From Alphaproteobacteria bacterium (GTDB lineage Bacteria; Pseudomonadota; Alphaproteobacteria; CAAHEQ01; UBA3637): a stretch of 64,000 nucleotides of DNA. Where the stretch lies: the NCBI GenBank assembly GCA_045605805.1, contig JAZUQR010000027.1, forward strand, positions 169,944-233,943. Direction: 5' to 3'. Shown in pieces: positions 19,835-28,466 of this stretch. Each line of letters starts with the position of its first letter. Position 1 is the first letter of the stretch. Under the pieces are notes generated by a model that saw only the letters and a program-made list of their open reading frames with translations, searched no databases and was not told where the DNA came from. The position numbers and the translations under genes were made by a program.

Positions 19835-21748
19835 TCAACCTCCTGCCTGTGGGGTATTTTGTCCTTTTAAAATAGAAAGAGGAGGTTGTTTTTTATTTGA
19901 AAGCGATCTTTTATCAGCACTTTTGGAAAGCATTTGTATTAAACCGGATTTACCTGTATTATTCCCAGACTTCTTATGCGACTTAACGGAAGAAGTTAAA
20001 GGACTGTTTTCTGGAAATCTATCAATATTCTCCTGACTGATAATCGGCTTCCCATATTTGTCCTTTAATGACATAAGGATAGGTAATTGTTCAGCATAAT
20101 CTGAATGTGCCTGAATAAGACTTTCTAACAATATATTCTTTCCTTCTTTTGTATCAAAAGTCTTACGGGAAAGTGGTAGATTTCCTTTTTCATCTTTAAT
20201 TGCATCAAATAATAATTTAATTTCTTCCTTGCAATTTTTTCCTCTACTTATGTCTCGCACCCAAATATCCAATGCTTTAGCAAATTGTTCCTCTCTAACA
20301 AGTACCTTTCCATCACGACCTGTTAATTTTAGTATTTGAGGAAGTAATGGAAGCATTTTAATCCAGTCCTCATCGTAAGGACCGAAATGTCCCAAAAACA
20401 CATTCCTCGTGTTATCAAAAGAGGCTCGTAAATCTTTTTCTATAAGGGGTAGACGTCCTTCATCATCTGAAAGAATAGCAACAGACTTTTTAAAATCTTC
20501 TGGAATCTTTGTTTTAAAAGACAATATATTCGCAATATTTTCTGAAGTCGCTATTTTTTCACCATCACGAGTAGCCTCAACTAGGTACTTTAATGCAGCG
20601 GGACTAATAATTTGCTGAATACCACAACCTTTAAAAAGATCTCTAACTTTTTCTATATTAAATACATATTGAGAATCAGTTCTTTTCAATGTCAATATAT
20701 CGTGAATCTGTGCTGGTGAAGCATTTTCCAATATGTATCCTAAAACCTCTTCATAATCCTTGGGCATTTTTTCATCAACACCATCATGTAAAAGACGTAT
20801 ATATTCATCCAGATGGTTATTCTTTTTGGCTTGCAATAACTTTCCTCGAAAACGTCTAGCTCTTCTAGGGGCTTCTTGTAATTTTTTCATCAAACTTTGT
20901 GGTAAGTGAAATACCTCTGGAATACAATCTAAACCTGGATCATTTTCCCCAATTGGAGCTCTCATATCATATAAATCTTTATAAGGACTACCATATACTC
21001 TATCTAATATGGCACTTATCGCCTCTTCTTCAATTTTTTTATCACCTCTATGGCTCACATCATTTGCGTGTTTTTTTAATATTTCTTCATACGTTTTAAC
21101 CCCAGTCATTTTAGTATCATCTGTATGACCAAAAATTTCATAATAAGCTCGCGCACCGGTTTCAAATGCTTGTGCTTCTGATAAAAATTCAAGCTGATGC
21201 CAAGCATAGGCATTTTCTATTGGAATTCCAAAAAACGAAGCATTCATCATACGTTCTTCCTGATGATAGGCAGCCTCATCATTTTGTTCTGCGTGTTTGA
21301 GTTCATGTGATAATACTAAAACTAAAAAATTAAGATCATCCACCTTTTCAAAAACAACCTTATTGTCCATCGGTCCATATGAAGCCGCAGATTTTGCCTC
21401 CTTATCTCCGTTATTTCTTTCTCTGACTATTGTAGTGTCAATTATGAGAGGGTTCGTATCTTGACGAAAGGTTGAAAATTTATGATACAAAGGTGTTTCC
21501 TTACCATTCAGTTCATAAATCAATTTTAAAGCCTGTTGAACCTTTTGTTCTCTTTCGCTTAAATTTAATTTTGGATTATTCGGGTAATCTTCTGGATATA
21601 TAAACTCACGAATAGAGCATGTTTTTATTTTGCTTTTTAACTCTTTTGCTCTTTCTTCATCTATAAAACTATGTTCAAGAAGATATTGCTCCTCTTCTGT
21701 CAATAAAACCCCATATGACACTTTTATCATATCCATTGAATTTTCCAT
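19835..21748 (-). CDS. Hypothetical protein with HExxH zincin-like domain and C-terminal degenerate repeats
   Basis: LSHELKHAEQ followed by EAQA; AAAGGAG SD; 637-aa open frame. Confidence 0.75.
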   Translation of the reverse strand: MENSMDMIKVSYGVLLTEEEQYLLEHSFIDEERAKELKSKIKTCSIREFIYPEDYPNNPKLNLSEREQKVQQALKLIYELNGKETPLYHKFSTFRQDTNPLIIDTTIVRERNNGDKEAKSAASYGPMDNKVVFEKVDDLNFLVLVLSHELKHAEQNDEAAYHQEERMMNASFFGIPIENAYAWHQLEFLSEAQAFETGARAYYEIFGHTDDTKMTGVKTYEEILKKHANDVSHRGDKKIEEEAISAILDRVYGSPYKDLYDMRAPIGENDPGLDCIPEVFHLPQSLMKKLQEAPRRARRFRGKLLQAKKNNHLDEYIRLLHDGVDEKMPKDYEEVLGYILENASPAQIHDILTLKRTDSQYVFNIEKVRDLFKGCGIQQIISPAALKYLVEATRDGEKIATSENIANILSFKTKIPEDFKKSVAILSDDEGRLPLIEKDLRASFDNTRNVFLGHFGPYDEDWIKMLPLLPQILKLTGRDGKVLVREEQFAKALDIWVRDISRGKNCKEEIKLLFDAIKDEKGNLPLSRKTFDTKEGKNILLESLIQAHSDYAEQLPILMSLKDKYGKPIISQENIDRFPENSPLTSSVKSHKKSGNNTGKSGLIQMLSKSADKRSLSNKKQPPLSILKGQNTPQAGG

Positions 21749-21819
21749 AATGTTCTCCTTTTTTTATCACACTAACATATTTTAATGTGATTTACAACAC
21801 AAATGGTGTAATCACTCAA

Positions 21820-22015
21820 AAAATGTTCGAGTGTCAGTAAGGGTTTCAAACAGTGTCAAAAATGCGAAATGCTTTAAAATCAATCGCTTACTGAGTTATC
21901 GGTTCGATTGTTGAACAAAGTATGCCTATTTTTCCTGCTTAACAATCGAACCGCCTTAAACCATTGAAAATAAAAGAAAAAGTCGTCATTTCTGACGACT
22001 TGTTCACTTTGGCGG
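21820..22015. repeat. ~196-bp imperfect direct repeat A, copy 2 (long arm abutting tRNA 3' end)
   Basis: See copy 1. Contains a perfect 13-bp inverted repeat 21900-21912/21941-21953 and a terminator hairpin 21981-22000. Confidence 0.95.
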
Positions 22016-22098
22016 AGCGTACAGGATTTGAACCTGTGCATCCCTTTAACAGGATGACGGATTAGCAATCCGCTGCATTACCACTCTGCCAACGCTCC
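22010..22098 (-). tRNA. tRNA-Ser(GCT)
   Basis: GGAGCGTTGGCAGAGTGGTAATGCAGCGGATTGCTAATCCG...long variable arm...GGTTCAAATCCTGTACGCTCCGCCA. Confidence 0.97.
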
Positions 22099-22115
22099 TG
22101 ACATGTGATAAAGTC

Positions 22116-22144
22116 ATAATACCAAAAAGACCTTGCATTGTCAA
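22116..22144 (-). promoter_or_regulatory. tRNA-Ser sigma70 promoter
   Basis: TTGACA-17 bp-TATTAT on the minus strand. Confidence 0.75.
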
Positions 22145-22164
22145 GTCTTTTTAATAAAACCAAA

Positions 22165-22608
22165 TTATTTTGTTTTTTGTGTCTTCAAAAAATGAACCCC
22201 AACATAGGATGCAGGCTTGGTTGTATCAACTTTCGCAGGTTGAAATTGTTTTTTCAAATCCAATAAAGACGAGTCAGAACCAACTGGTTTTTCTTGAAAA
22301 GCAACCTCTTGCTTCAAAGTCGGAAACGGCACATCCATCACCGCCTCAATGGTTTTGGGATTCTTATCTGTATCCAAATAAAATCGACCTGTCTTATCCA
22401 AAGCCCTTTTTGCAACAATCGTTCCTTGTGTATCGGCCAACATCTTATGAAAAGCCACATCATTTTGTTTATACCAGTCTTTACTTAAAGACTTTCTGCA
22501 CATATTTTCACAAGAATGTAAAAGCAGCCCCATAACACAAAGAAAAGAGGCAGAACATCCCCAAAAAAAAGGGGTTTTGAAAATAGAATCACATTGTTTT
22601 TTTGACAT
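22165..22608 (-). CDS. Hypothetical protein with N-terminal hydrophobic segment
   Basis: AAGGAG SD; TTGACA-17-TAAAAT promoter at 22643-22671. Confidence 0.7.
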   Translation of the reverse strand: MSKKQCDSIFKTPFFWGCSASFLCVMGLLLHSCENMCRKSLSKDWYKQNDVAFHKMLADTQGTIVAKRALDKTGRFYLDTDKNPKTIEAVMDVPFPTLKQEVAFQEKPVGSDSSLLDLKKQFQPAKVDTTKPASYVGVHFLKTQKTK

Positions 22609-22732
22609 AAAAACTCCTTAAACAACTATAAAAAACGAAACTATTTTAATACAAAATTAACTTTTTGTCAAGTTAAAGAAAAAGCCCCACTGATCAGGAT
22701 AAGCAGGGCTTAAACAAAACACCGTTTAGATT

Positions 22733-24670
22733 TTACCACAAGTTCAACGATTGGCTCTCACTTATCTGTTTCACAACAGCAATAAAATCATCTAATGGCA
22801 AAGCATTTTTTTGTTGACCTGTTCGATCCCGAACGGAAACAGTATTGCTTTCAATTTCCTTATCCCCCACAATCACAGCATAAGGGATTTTGGCATTATG
22901 CGCTTCCCGAATCTGATAGCCGATTGTGTTGGATTGACGCTCCATCTCGGCCCGAATCCCCACAGATTTTAATTTTTCCAAAATCTGTGCAGCATAATCC
23001 CGATGTTTATCCGAAACAGGCAATAAACGCACTTGAACAGGCGAAATCCATACAGGGAAAGCACCGGCAAAATGTTCGGTCAACACCCCCATAAAGCGTT
23101 CCAACGAGCCATAAATAGTCCTGTGAATCACAACAGGTGTTTTTTGCGCCCCGTCTTTATCAATGTATTTACAGCCAAAGCGACCAGCCAATTGGAAATC
23201 TAATTGGAAAGTACCTGTTTGCCACTCACGCCCCAAAGCATCCTTCATGGAAATATCCACCTTTGGCCCATAGAAAGCCCCATCTTTATCTTTAATGGCA
23301 TAGTTTCCTTCCCCACAATGTTTATCCAAAATCCGCTTCAAAGCAGCCTCTGCCCGATTCCAAGTTTCCACATCTCCGATAAAATCATCCGGACGGGTTG
23401 AAAACTTCATTTCATATGTCAAACCAAACAAGTTATAAAACTGATCAGCCAAAGCAAACAGTTTTTCATATTCTTCCTCAATCTGATCTTCTGTAATAAA
23501 GATATGGGCATCATCTTGATGGAACTCACGCACACGCAATAAACCATTCAAAGCCCCACTGGCTTCGTTGCGATGAATCATATCTACATCAGAAAAACGA
23601 ATGGGCAAATCTTGATAAGAACGAGTTTTTAAGTTGAATAACAGCATGGTTGAAGGGCAACTCATCGGTTTCAAAGCATACACTTCATTTTCTCCCATAT
23701 CAGCAGCTGTTAAAAGATACATATCGTCTTTATAATGCGACCAATGGCCGGAAGTTTCCCATAAAACTTTTGAGTTCATCAACGGGCCAGCAAACTCTTG
23801 ATAACCGTTTGCTTCATGAACTTTGCGCCAATAATCCAACAAAATGTTGTACATTTTTAAGCCTTTTGGCAACCAATAAGGGCAACCTGGGGCTGTTGAA
23901 TCAAAATAAAATAACTCTAACGCTTTACCAATTTTACGATGATCTCGCTTTTCGGCTTCGGCCAACAATTCAAAGTAAGCCTTTAATTCCTTTTCGCTGA
24001 AGAAAGCCGTTCCATATACACGTTGTAAAGAGGCCTTTGTAGCATCTCCCCGCCAATAAGCAGCCGCCACTTTGGTCAGCTTAAAAGCCTTACCGATTAA
24101 ACCGGTACGAGGCAAATGCGGCCCACGACACAGTTCCACATAATCCCCCTGAGTATAGATGGAAACCTCTTTCACATCCTCAGGCAAATCATCAATCAAT
24201 TCTACCTTAAACAATTCCCCACGGTCGGTAAAAATCTGTCGGGCCGTTTCACGTGAAACAACCTGGCGTTCAATAGCCAAATCAGCCGCCACAATCTCGG
24301 CCATCTTGGCTTCAATTTTTACCAAATCATCTTCTTTCAAAATAATGCCATGAAAATCATAATAAAAGCCGTTTTCAATGGCCGGCCCAATAGTGGCTTT
24401 TGCATTTGGATATAAAGCCTCCACCGCTTGAGCCAAAGTATGTGCTGTGGTGTGACGCAACATTTCCAAAGCCTCAGGGGTTTTTTGTGTCACAATAGAA
24501 ACAGTTGCGTTGGTTGTGATGGGCGTCATTAAATCAGTAAGTGTGCCGTCCACAATGGTGGCAAGGGCAGCTTTGGCCAAGTTCATACTAATTTTTTCGG
24601 CAATTTGAAGGCCGTTCACCGGTGCTTCAAACGGCATTTTAGAGCCATCAGGCAACATAATTTCTATCAT
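22733..24670 (-). CDS. thrS: Threonine--tRNA ligase
   Basis: TGS domain, editing motifs RHTTAH and LCRGPH, KRDHRKIG, GAFYGPK, GSLERF. Start reassigned to ATG 24670. Confidence 0.97.
   Translation of the reverse strand: MIEIMLPDGSKMPFEAPVNGLQIAEKISMNLAKAALATIVDGTLTDLMTPITTNATVSIVTQKTPEALEMLRHTTAHTLAQAVEALYPNAKATIGPAIENGFYYDFHGIILKEDDLVKIEAKMAEIVAADLAIERQVVSRETARQIFTDRGELFKVELIDDLPEDVKEVSIYTQGDYVELCRGPHLPRTGLIGKAFKLTKVAAAYWRGDATKASLQRVYGTAFFSEKELKAYFELLAEAEKRDHRKIGKALELFYFDSTAPGCPYWLPKGLKMYNILLDYWRKVHEANGYQEFAGPLMNSKVLWETSGHWSHYKDDMYLLTAADMGENEVYALKPMSCPSTMLLFNLKTRSYQDLPIRFSDVDMIHRNEASGALNGLLRVREFHQDDAHIFITEDQIEEEYEKLFALADQFYNLFGLTYEMKFSTRPDDFIGDVETWNRAEAALKRILDKHCGEGNYAIKDKDGAFYGPKVDISMKDALGREWQTGTFQLDFQLAGRFGCKYIDKDGAQKTPVVIHRTIYGSLERFMGVLTEHFAGAFPVWISPVQVRLLPVSDKHRDYAAQILEKLKSVGIRAEMERQSNTIGYQIREAHNAKIPYAVIVGDKEIESNTVSVRDRTGQQKNALPLDDFIAVVKQISESQSLNLW
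24245..24260. promoter_or_regulatory. parS-like site inside thrS
   Basis: CGTTTCACGTGAAACA, one mismatch to TGTTTCACGTGAAACA. Confidence 0.65.
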
Positions 24671-24781
24671 TTTTTTCCTTTTGTTATTATTAAAGTCAAA
24701 CAACCCCTGTTTGACAACAACAAAATTATAGCATCTTTTTCGTTAAAAGTCAAAGAGTTTATGATTAAATCAGGCTCTACT

Positions 24782-25996
24782 TTAGACAGAACGCCCTTTG
24801 GATTTTACCTTATTATCCAACACAACAATTTTGTTGTCTTTGGTCACATGATAGGTGGGCAAACGGCAACAATCCGGCACAGGGATTTCAATAAAGACAT
24901 TTTTGCCCATAAAAGAGAGTAAATTAAACTTTTCTTGAATGGGATCCAGATATTCTTCATGTAAAGCCGTATGTTGCTTATAGGGTAAAAAGACAATGTT
25001 ATTGATATCATTATTACCCCCAAAAGCAAGAGGAATCACATGATGGGCGGTTAAATCTTGTTGGGTGTCAGTTGTATCAGAATGAAAAAATAAATTAAAA
25101 TCACCCCGCAAACCACAAGCCTGCAAAAACTGCAAACGGTTCTGGTTAAAATCATATCGGCGTATTTTTTTTTCGGCCCCCGATACAAAATCAGCCTTTA
25201 CAATTTGCATACTCATATTTTCTGGAACAACCGGTTTTTTATGCAAACTCAATAAAATCCCTTTTTTGAATTGTTGGCTGATAACCTTATTGCCCAATTT
25301 TGAACGCCAATTTGCTTTATTTTGAAAAACTTTTTCATAAGCAGCTCTATCAGTAGCCGGTACAAAATCCAAAAAAGCCTCGTTTGTAAAAACACAAGGA
25401 AGGGACGGCATATAAAAACCCAGTTTATGTGTAAAATCTTTTTCTTGTAAAAACTTGTCCTTACAATTTTTAATCACAGACCAATAAGTTTCATCCATAA
25501 TTTCGGCCACATCAGACGAAACCACATACATATTAGAAGTATCCAAAGTACCACCTAATTCCAAAGGAATGCGAAAATCAACCATATAATTTTTGGGTAA
25601 ATGACCTGTTTTTAACGCAATAGCCTTGTCTTTTTCCGAAAAAATACCATCAAAACAATGTCGTGTGGCCAAGCGTCGCACAAAAAGATTAGCCTGTTTT
25701 TTGAATTGTTGAATATGAAACTTTTTAACAGAAGTTTCTTTTTCCCCAACAACTGTTTCCGTTAAATAAACAGTCTGGGGATTTTCCTTAAAATACTTAT
25801 TATCTTGGCAAACAAAATGAAGCATCAGATTCTTAAACTTATCAGTTGTCTTGCGAATTTGGGTATCTTTCACCCAAGTGGACATTTTTTTTTGAATTTC
25901 AGATTTTGCCTTATTCTTGGAAAAAACAACTAATTCCATAACATTTTCATTGTTTTTTTTATGCCGAAAATCGCCTTTTTTTTTATAATTTTTCAT
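24782..25996 (-). CDS. HNH-family nuclease-like protein with tandem-duplicated domain
   Basis: HHVIPLAFGGNNDINNIVFLPYKQHTALH plus a degenerate copy DFRIPLELGGTLDTSNMYVV. Confidence 0.7.
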   Translation of the reverse strand: MKNYKKKGDFRHKKNNENVMELVVFSKNKAKSEIQKKMSTWVKDTQIRKTTDKFKNLMLHFVCQDNKYFKENPQTVYLTETVVGEKETSVKKFHIQQFKKQANLFVRRLATRHCFDGIFSEKDKAIALKTGHLPKNYMVDFRIPLELGGTLDTSNMYVVSSDVAEIMDETYWSVIKNCKDKFLQEKDFTHKLGFYMPSLPCVFTNEAFLDFVPATDRAAYEKVFQNKANWRSKLGNKVISQQFKKGILLSLHKKPVVPENMSMQIVKADFVSGAEKKIRRYDFNQNRLQFLQACGLRGDFNLFFHSDTTDTQQDLTAHHVIPLAFGGNNDINNIVFLPYKQHTALHEEYLDPIQEKFNLLSFMGKNVFIEIPVPDCCRLPTYHVTKDNKIVVLDNKVKSKGRSV

Positions 25997-26003
25997 CTAT
26001 TCC

Positions 26004-26681
26004 TTACACTTTCACAGCATAACCGGCCGATCGCACAGTCCGAATCAATTCAGCCTCATCATCTTTCAAATTACGTCTCAATCTGCGAATATGTACATCA
26101 ACCGTTCTGGGTTCTACAAAAACACTGTCTCCCCACACCAACTTTAACAATTCCTCTCGGGAAAAAACATGCCCCGCCTTTTCCATTAAAATGGCCAACA
26201 AGCGAAACTCAGTTGGCCCCATATGCATGGGTTTTCCCTCTTTCAAAACCAATTTTTTATCAAAATCTAAAGTTAAAATACCCGCTGTCAGCACCTGTGC
26301 CTGAGGCTTTTCCCCTACACGGCGCAACAAAGCCTTCACTCTGGCAAATAACTCGGGCATAGAAAACGGCTTTGTCATATAATCATCAGCCCCAAAAGAA
26401 AGCCCCTGCACTTTGTCGGCCTCTTCCGCCCGTGCTGTCACCATAATAATGGGAATATCTTTCATCGCAGCATTTTCACGAATACTTTTACACAAATCAA
26501 CGCCCGATACATTGGGCAACATCCAATCCATTAAAATCACATCAGGCTTTTCTTTCAACACAGATTGAAGAACCAACGCCCCATCCATCACAGAAACAAC
26601 ATCAAATCCTTCTTTTTCAAGGTTATAGGTTAAAAGAGCCACTAAACCGGCTTCATCTTCAACAACCAGAACTTTTGTCAT
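26004..26681 (-). CDS. phoB: Phosphate regulon response regulator PhoB
   Basis: DWMLP receiver, MGPTEFRLL, VEPRTVDVHIRRLR, RTVRSAGY. Confidence 0.9.
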   Translation of the reverse strand: MTKVLVVEDEAGLVALLTYNLEKEGFDVVSVMDGALVLQSVLKEKPDVILMDWMLPNVSGVDLCKSIRENAAMKDIPIIMVTARAEEADKVQGLSFGADDYMTKPFSMPELFARVKALLRRVGEKPQAQVLTAGILTLDFDKKLVLKEGKPMHMGPTEFRLLAILMEKAGHVFSREELLKLVWGDSVFVEPRTVDVHIRRLRRNLKDDEAELIRTVRSAGYAVKV

Positions 26682-27322
26682 TTTGCCCCCTTTAATGTTG
26701 CAATGGCTTTTTTATATGAAGACGCATGAAACACATAAGAACCGGCCACCAAAATATCCGCCCCCGCCAAAACACAAGCCGGTGCGGTGATATCATTGAT
26801 ACCGCCATCCACAGAAACTTCCACTTTTTTATGCCCAATCAAGGCCTTTAATTCGGCAATTTTTTTCAAAGCCTGTGGCAAAAAAGCCTGCCCGCCAAAA
26901 CCAGGTTCAACACTCATCACTAAAAGCCGATCAATCATGGGTAGATAAGAAATCACATCTGCGGTTTTTGTGTGGGGTTTAATGGAAATACCCACTTTTT
27001 TACCATACTTTTTAATCTGTGCAATTAAATCATCAATTTTTTCCCTGCACTCCAAATGTACAGTCAGACAATCCGCTCCCGCCTCACAAAACGAAGGAAT
27101 TAAAACAGAGGGTTTTTCCACCATTAAATGCACATCAAAAGGTTTTTCTGTGTACGGACGGATATCTTTTACAACCAACGCCCCAAAGGTCAAATTAGGT
27201 ACAAAACATCCGTCCATCACATCAATATGAATCAAATCGGCCCCAGCCCTGTCCAAAGAGCGAACCTCTGCGCCTAAACGGGCAAAGTCGGCAGACAAAA
27301 GACTGGGAGCCACTTGAACCAT
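26678..27322 (-). CDS. rpe: Ribulose-phosphate 3-epimerase
   Basis: APSLLSADF, HIDVMDG, MSVEPGFGGQ, VDGGIN. Confidence 0.97.
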   Translation of the reverse strand: MVQVAPSLLSADFARLGAEVRSLDRAGADLIHIDVMDGCFVPNLTFGALVVKDIRPYTEKPFDVHLMVEKPSVLIPSFCEAGADCLTVHLECREKIDDLIAQIKKYGKKVGISIKPHTKTADVISYLPMIDRLLVMSVEPGFGGQAFLPQALKKIAELKALIGHKKVEVSVDGGINDITAPACVLAGADILVAGSYVFHASSYKKAIATLKGAK

Positions 27323-27326
27323 CGGA

Positions 27327-28391
27327 TTAAGCCACCACTTTTGGATCTAATTCACCATCAGCATAGCGTTTGGCCATATCTTCCAAAGAAATCGGTTTGA
27401 TATGGGCGGCTTGACCGGCTGCACCAAATTGTTCATAACGTTCTTTACAAACTTTTTGCATGGCAACCATCGCTGGTTTCAAGTATTTGCGTGGATCAAA
27501 TTCGGCTGGTTTTTCTGTGAACAGAGTACGAATAGCCCCTGTCATAGCCATACGCAAATCGGTGTCCACATTGACTTTGCGCACACCATGTTTAATGGCT
27601 TCTTGAATTTCTTCCACAGGCACACCGTATGTTTGTGGCATTTGACCACCATGGGCATTGATAATGTCCTGTAAATCTTGTGGCACACTGGAAGAACCAT
27701 GCATCACCAAGTGAGTATATGGCAATTTTTCGTGGATTTTTTTCACTGTATCAATGGATAAAATAGCACCATCTGGCTTGCGTGTGAACTTATAAGCCCC
27801 ATGAGAAGTACCAATAGCCACAGCCAAAGCATCCACCTTTGTAGAACGCACAAAATCAACAGCTTGATCTGGGTCTGTCAACAGTTTAGATTTATCAATT
27901 GCGCCATCAAAACCATGTCCGTCTTCTTTTTCACCTTTACCGGATTCCAAAGAACCGATACAACCCAATTCACCTTCCACCGACACACCGGCAGCATGAG
28001 CTTTGGTGGCCACTTCACCGGTCACTTGAGCATTATATTCATAAGTGGCAGGTTTGCCTTCTGGATCCAAAGAACCATCCATCATCACAGAAGTAAAGCC
28101 GGCCGCCATAGCGGAATAGCACACATCTGGGCTGGAACCATGGTCTTGATGTACACAGATGGGCAAATCTGGATACATTTCCACACCGGCCATCATCAAA
28201 TGTTTCAACACAGCATCATTAGCGTATTGACGAGCCCCTTTACTGGCTTGAATAATCACAGGAGAGTTTGTCTCATGAGCCGCAGCCAAAATAGACAAAA
28301 CTTGTTCCATATTGTTCACATTAAACGCAGGAATACCATAACCGTGTTCCGCAGCGTCATCTAACAGTTGTCTTAAAGAAACTAATGCCAT
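27327..28391 (-). CDS. fba: Class II fructose-bisphosphate aldolase
   Basis: [29 protein letters not shown]. Confidence 0.97.
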   Translation of the reverse strand: MALVSLRQLLDDAAEHGYGIPAFNVNNMEQVLSILAAAHETNSPVIIQASKGARQYANDAVLKHLMMAGVEMYPDLPICVHQDHGSSPDVCYSAMAAGFTSVMMDGSLDPEGKPATYEYNAQVTGEVATKAHAAGVSVEGELGCIGSLESGKGEKEDGHGFDGAIDKSKLLTDPDQAVDFVRSTKVDALAVAIGTSHGAYKFTRKPDGAILSIDTVKKIHEKLPYTHLVMHGSSSVPQDLQDIINAHGGQMPQTYGVPVEEIQEAIKHGVRKVNVDTDLRMAMTGAIRTLFTEKPAEFDPRKYLKPAMVAMQKVCKERYEQFGAAGQAAHIKPISLEDMAKRYADGELDPKVVA

Positions 28392-28466
28392 TTTTCTATC
28401 CTTTCTTTTGTTTTACTTAAATGGTAAAGTTATTGTACAAAAGATACGGATAAAAATCAAGGGATT

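Larger units (their letters stand above)
19770..22015 (-). mobile_element. tRNA-Ser-associated non-autonomous cassette 1 (2240-bp unit) carrying a putative metallopeptidase gene
   Basis: Bounded by TGGCGG cores at 19770 and 22010 (the tRNA CCGCCA end). Long arm 21820-22015, short arm 19776-19797. AT-rich passenger. Confidence 0.75.

Noticed and set aside
18909-22015. CRISPR array from the 28-bp repeat
   Set aside because: Only two copies, 861 bp apart, separated by a gene; no cas genes.
21820-22068. Arm A as a recombinase remnant, and ORF 21880-22068 as a real gene
   Set aside because: The copies differ by a 1-bp indel and conservation follows DNA motifs rather than codons. The listed ORF is a shadow of the tRNA.
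22646-22661. CtrA box TTAA-N7-TTAAC overlapping a promoter
   Set aside because: Single occurrence in very AT-rich DNA, none recognised at the candidate oriC, and no evidence of ctrA in the window.
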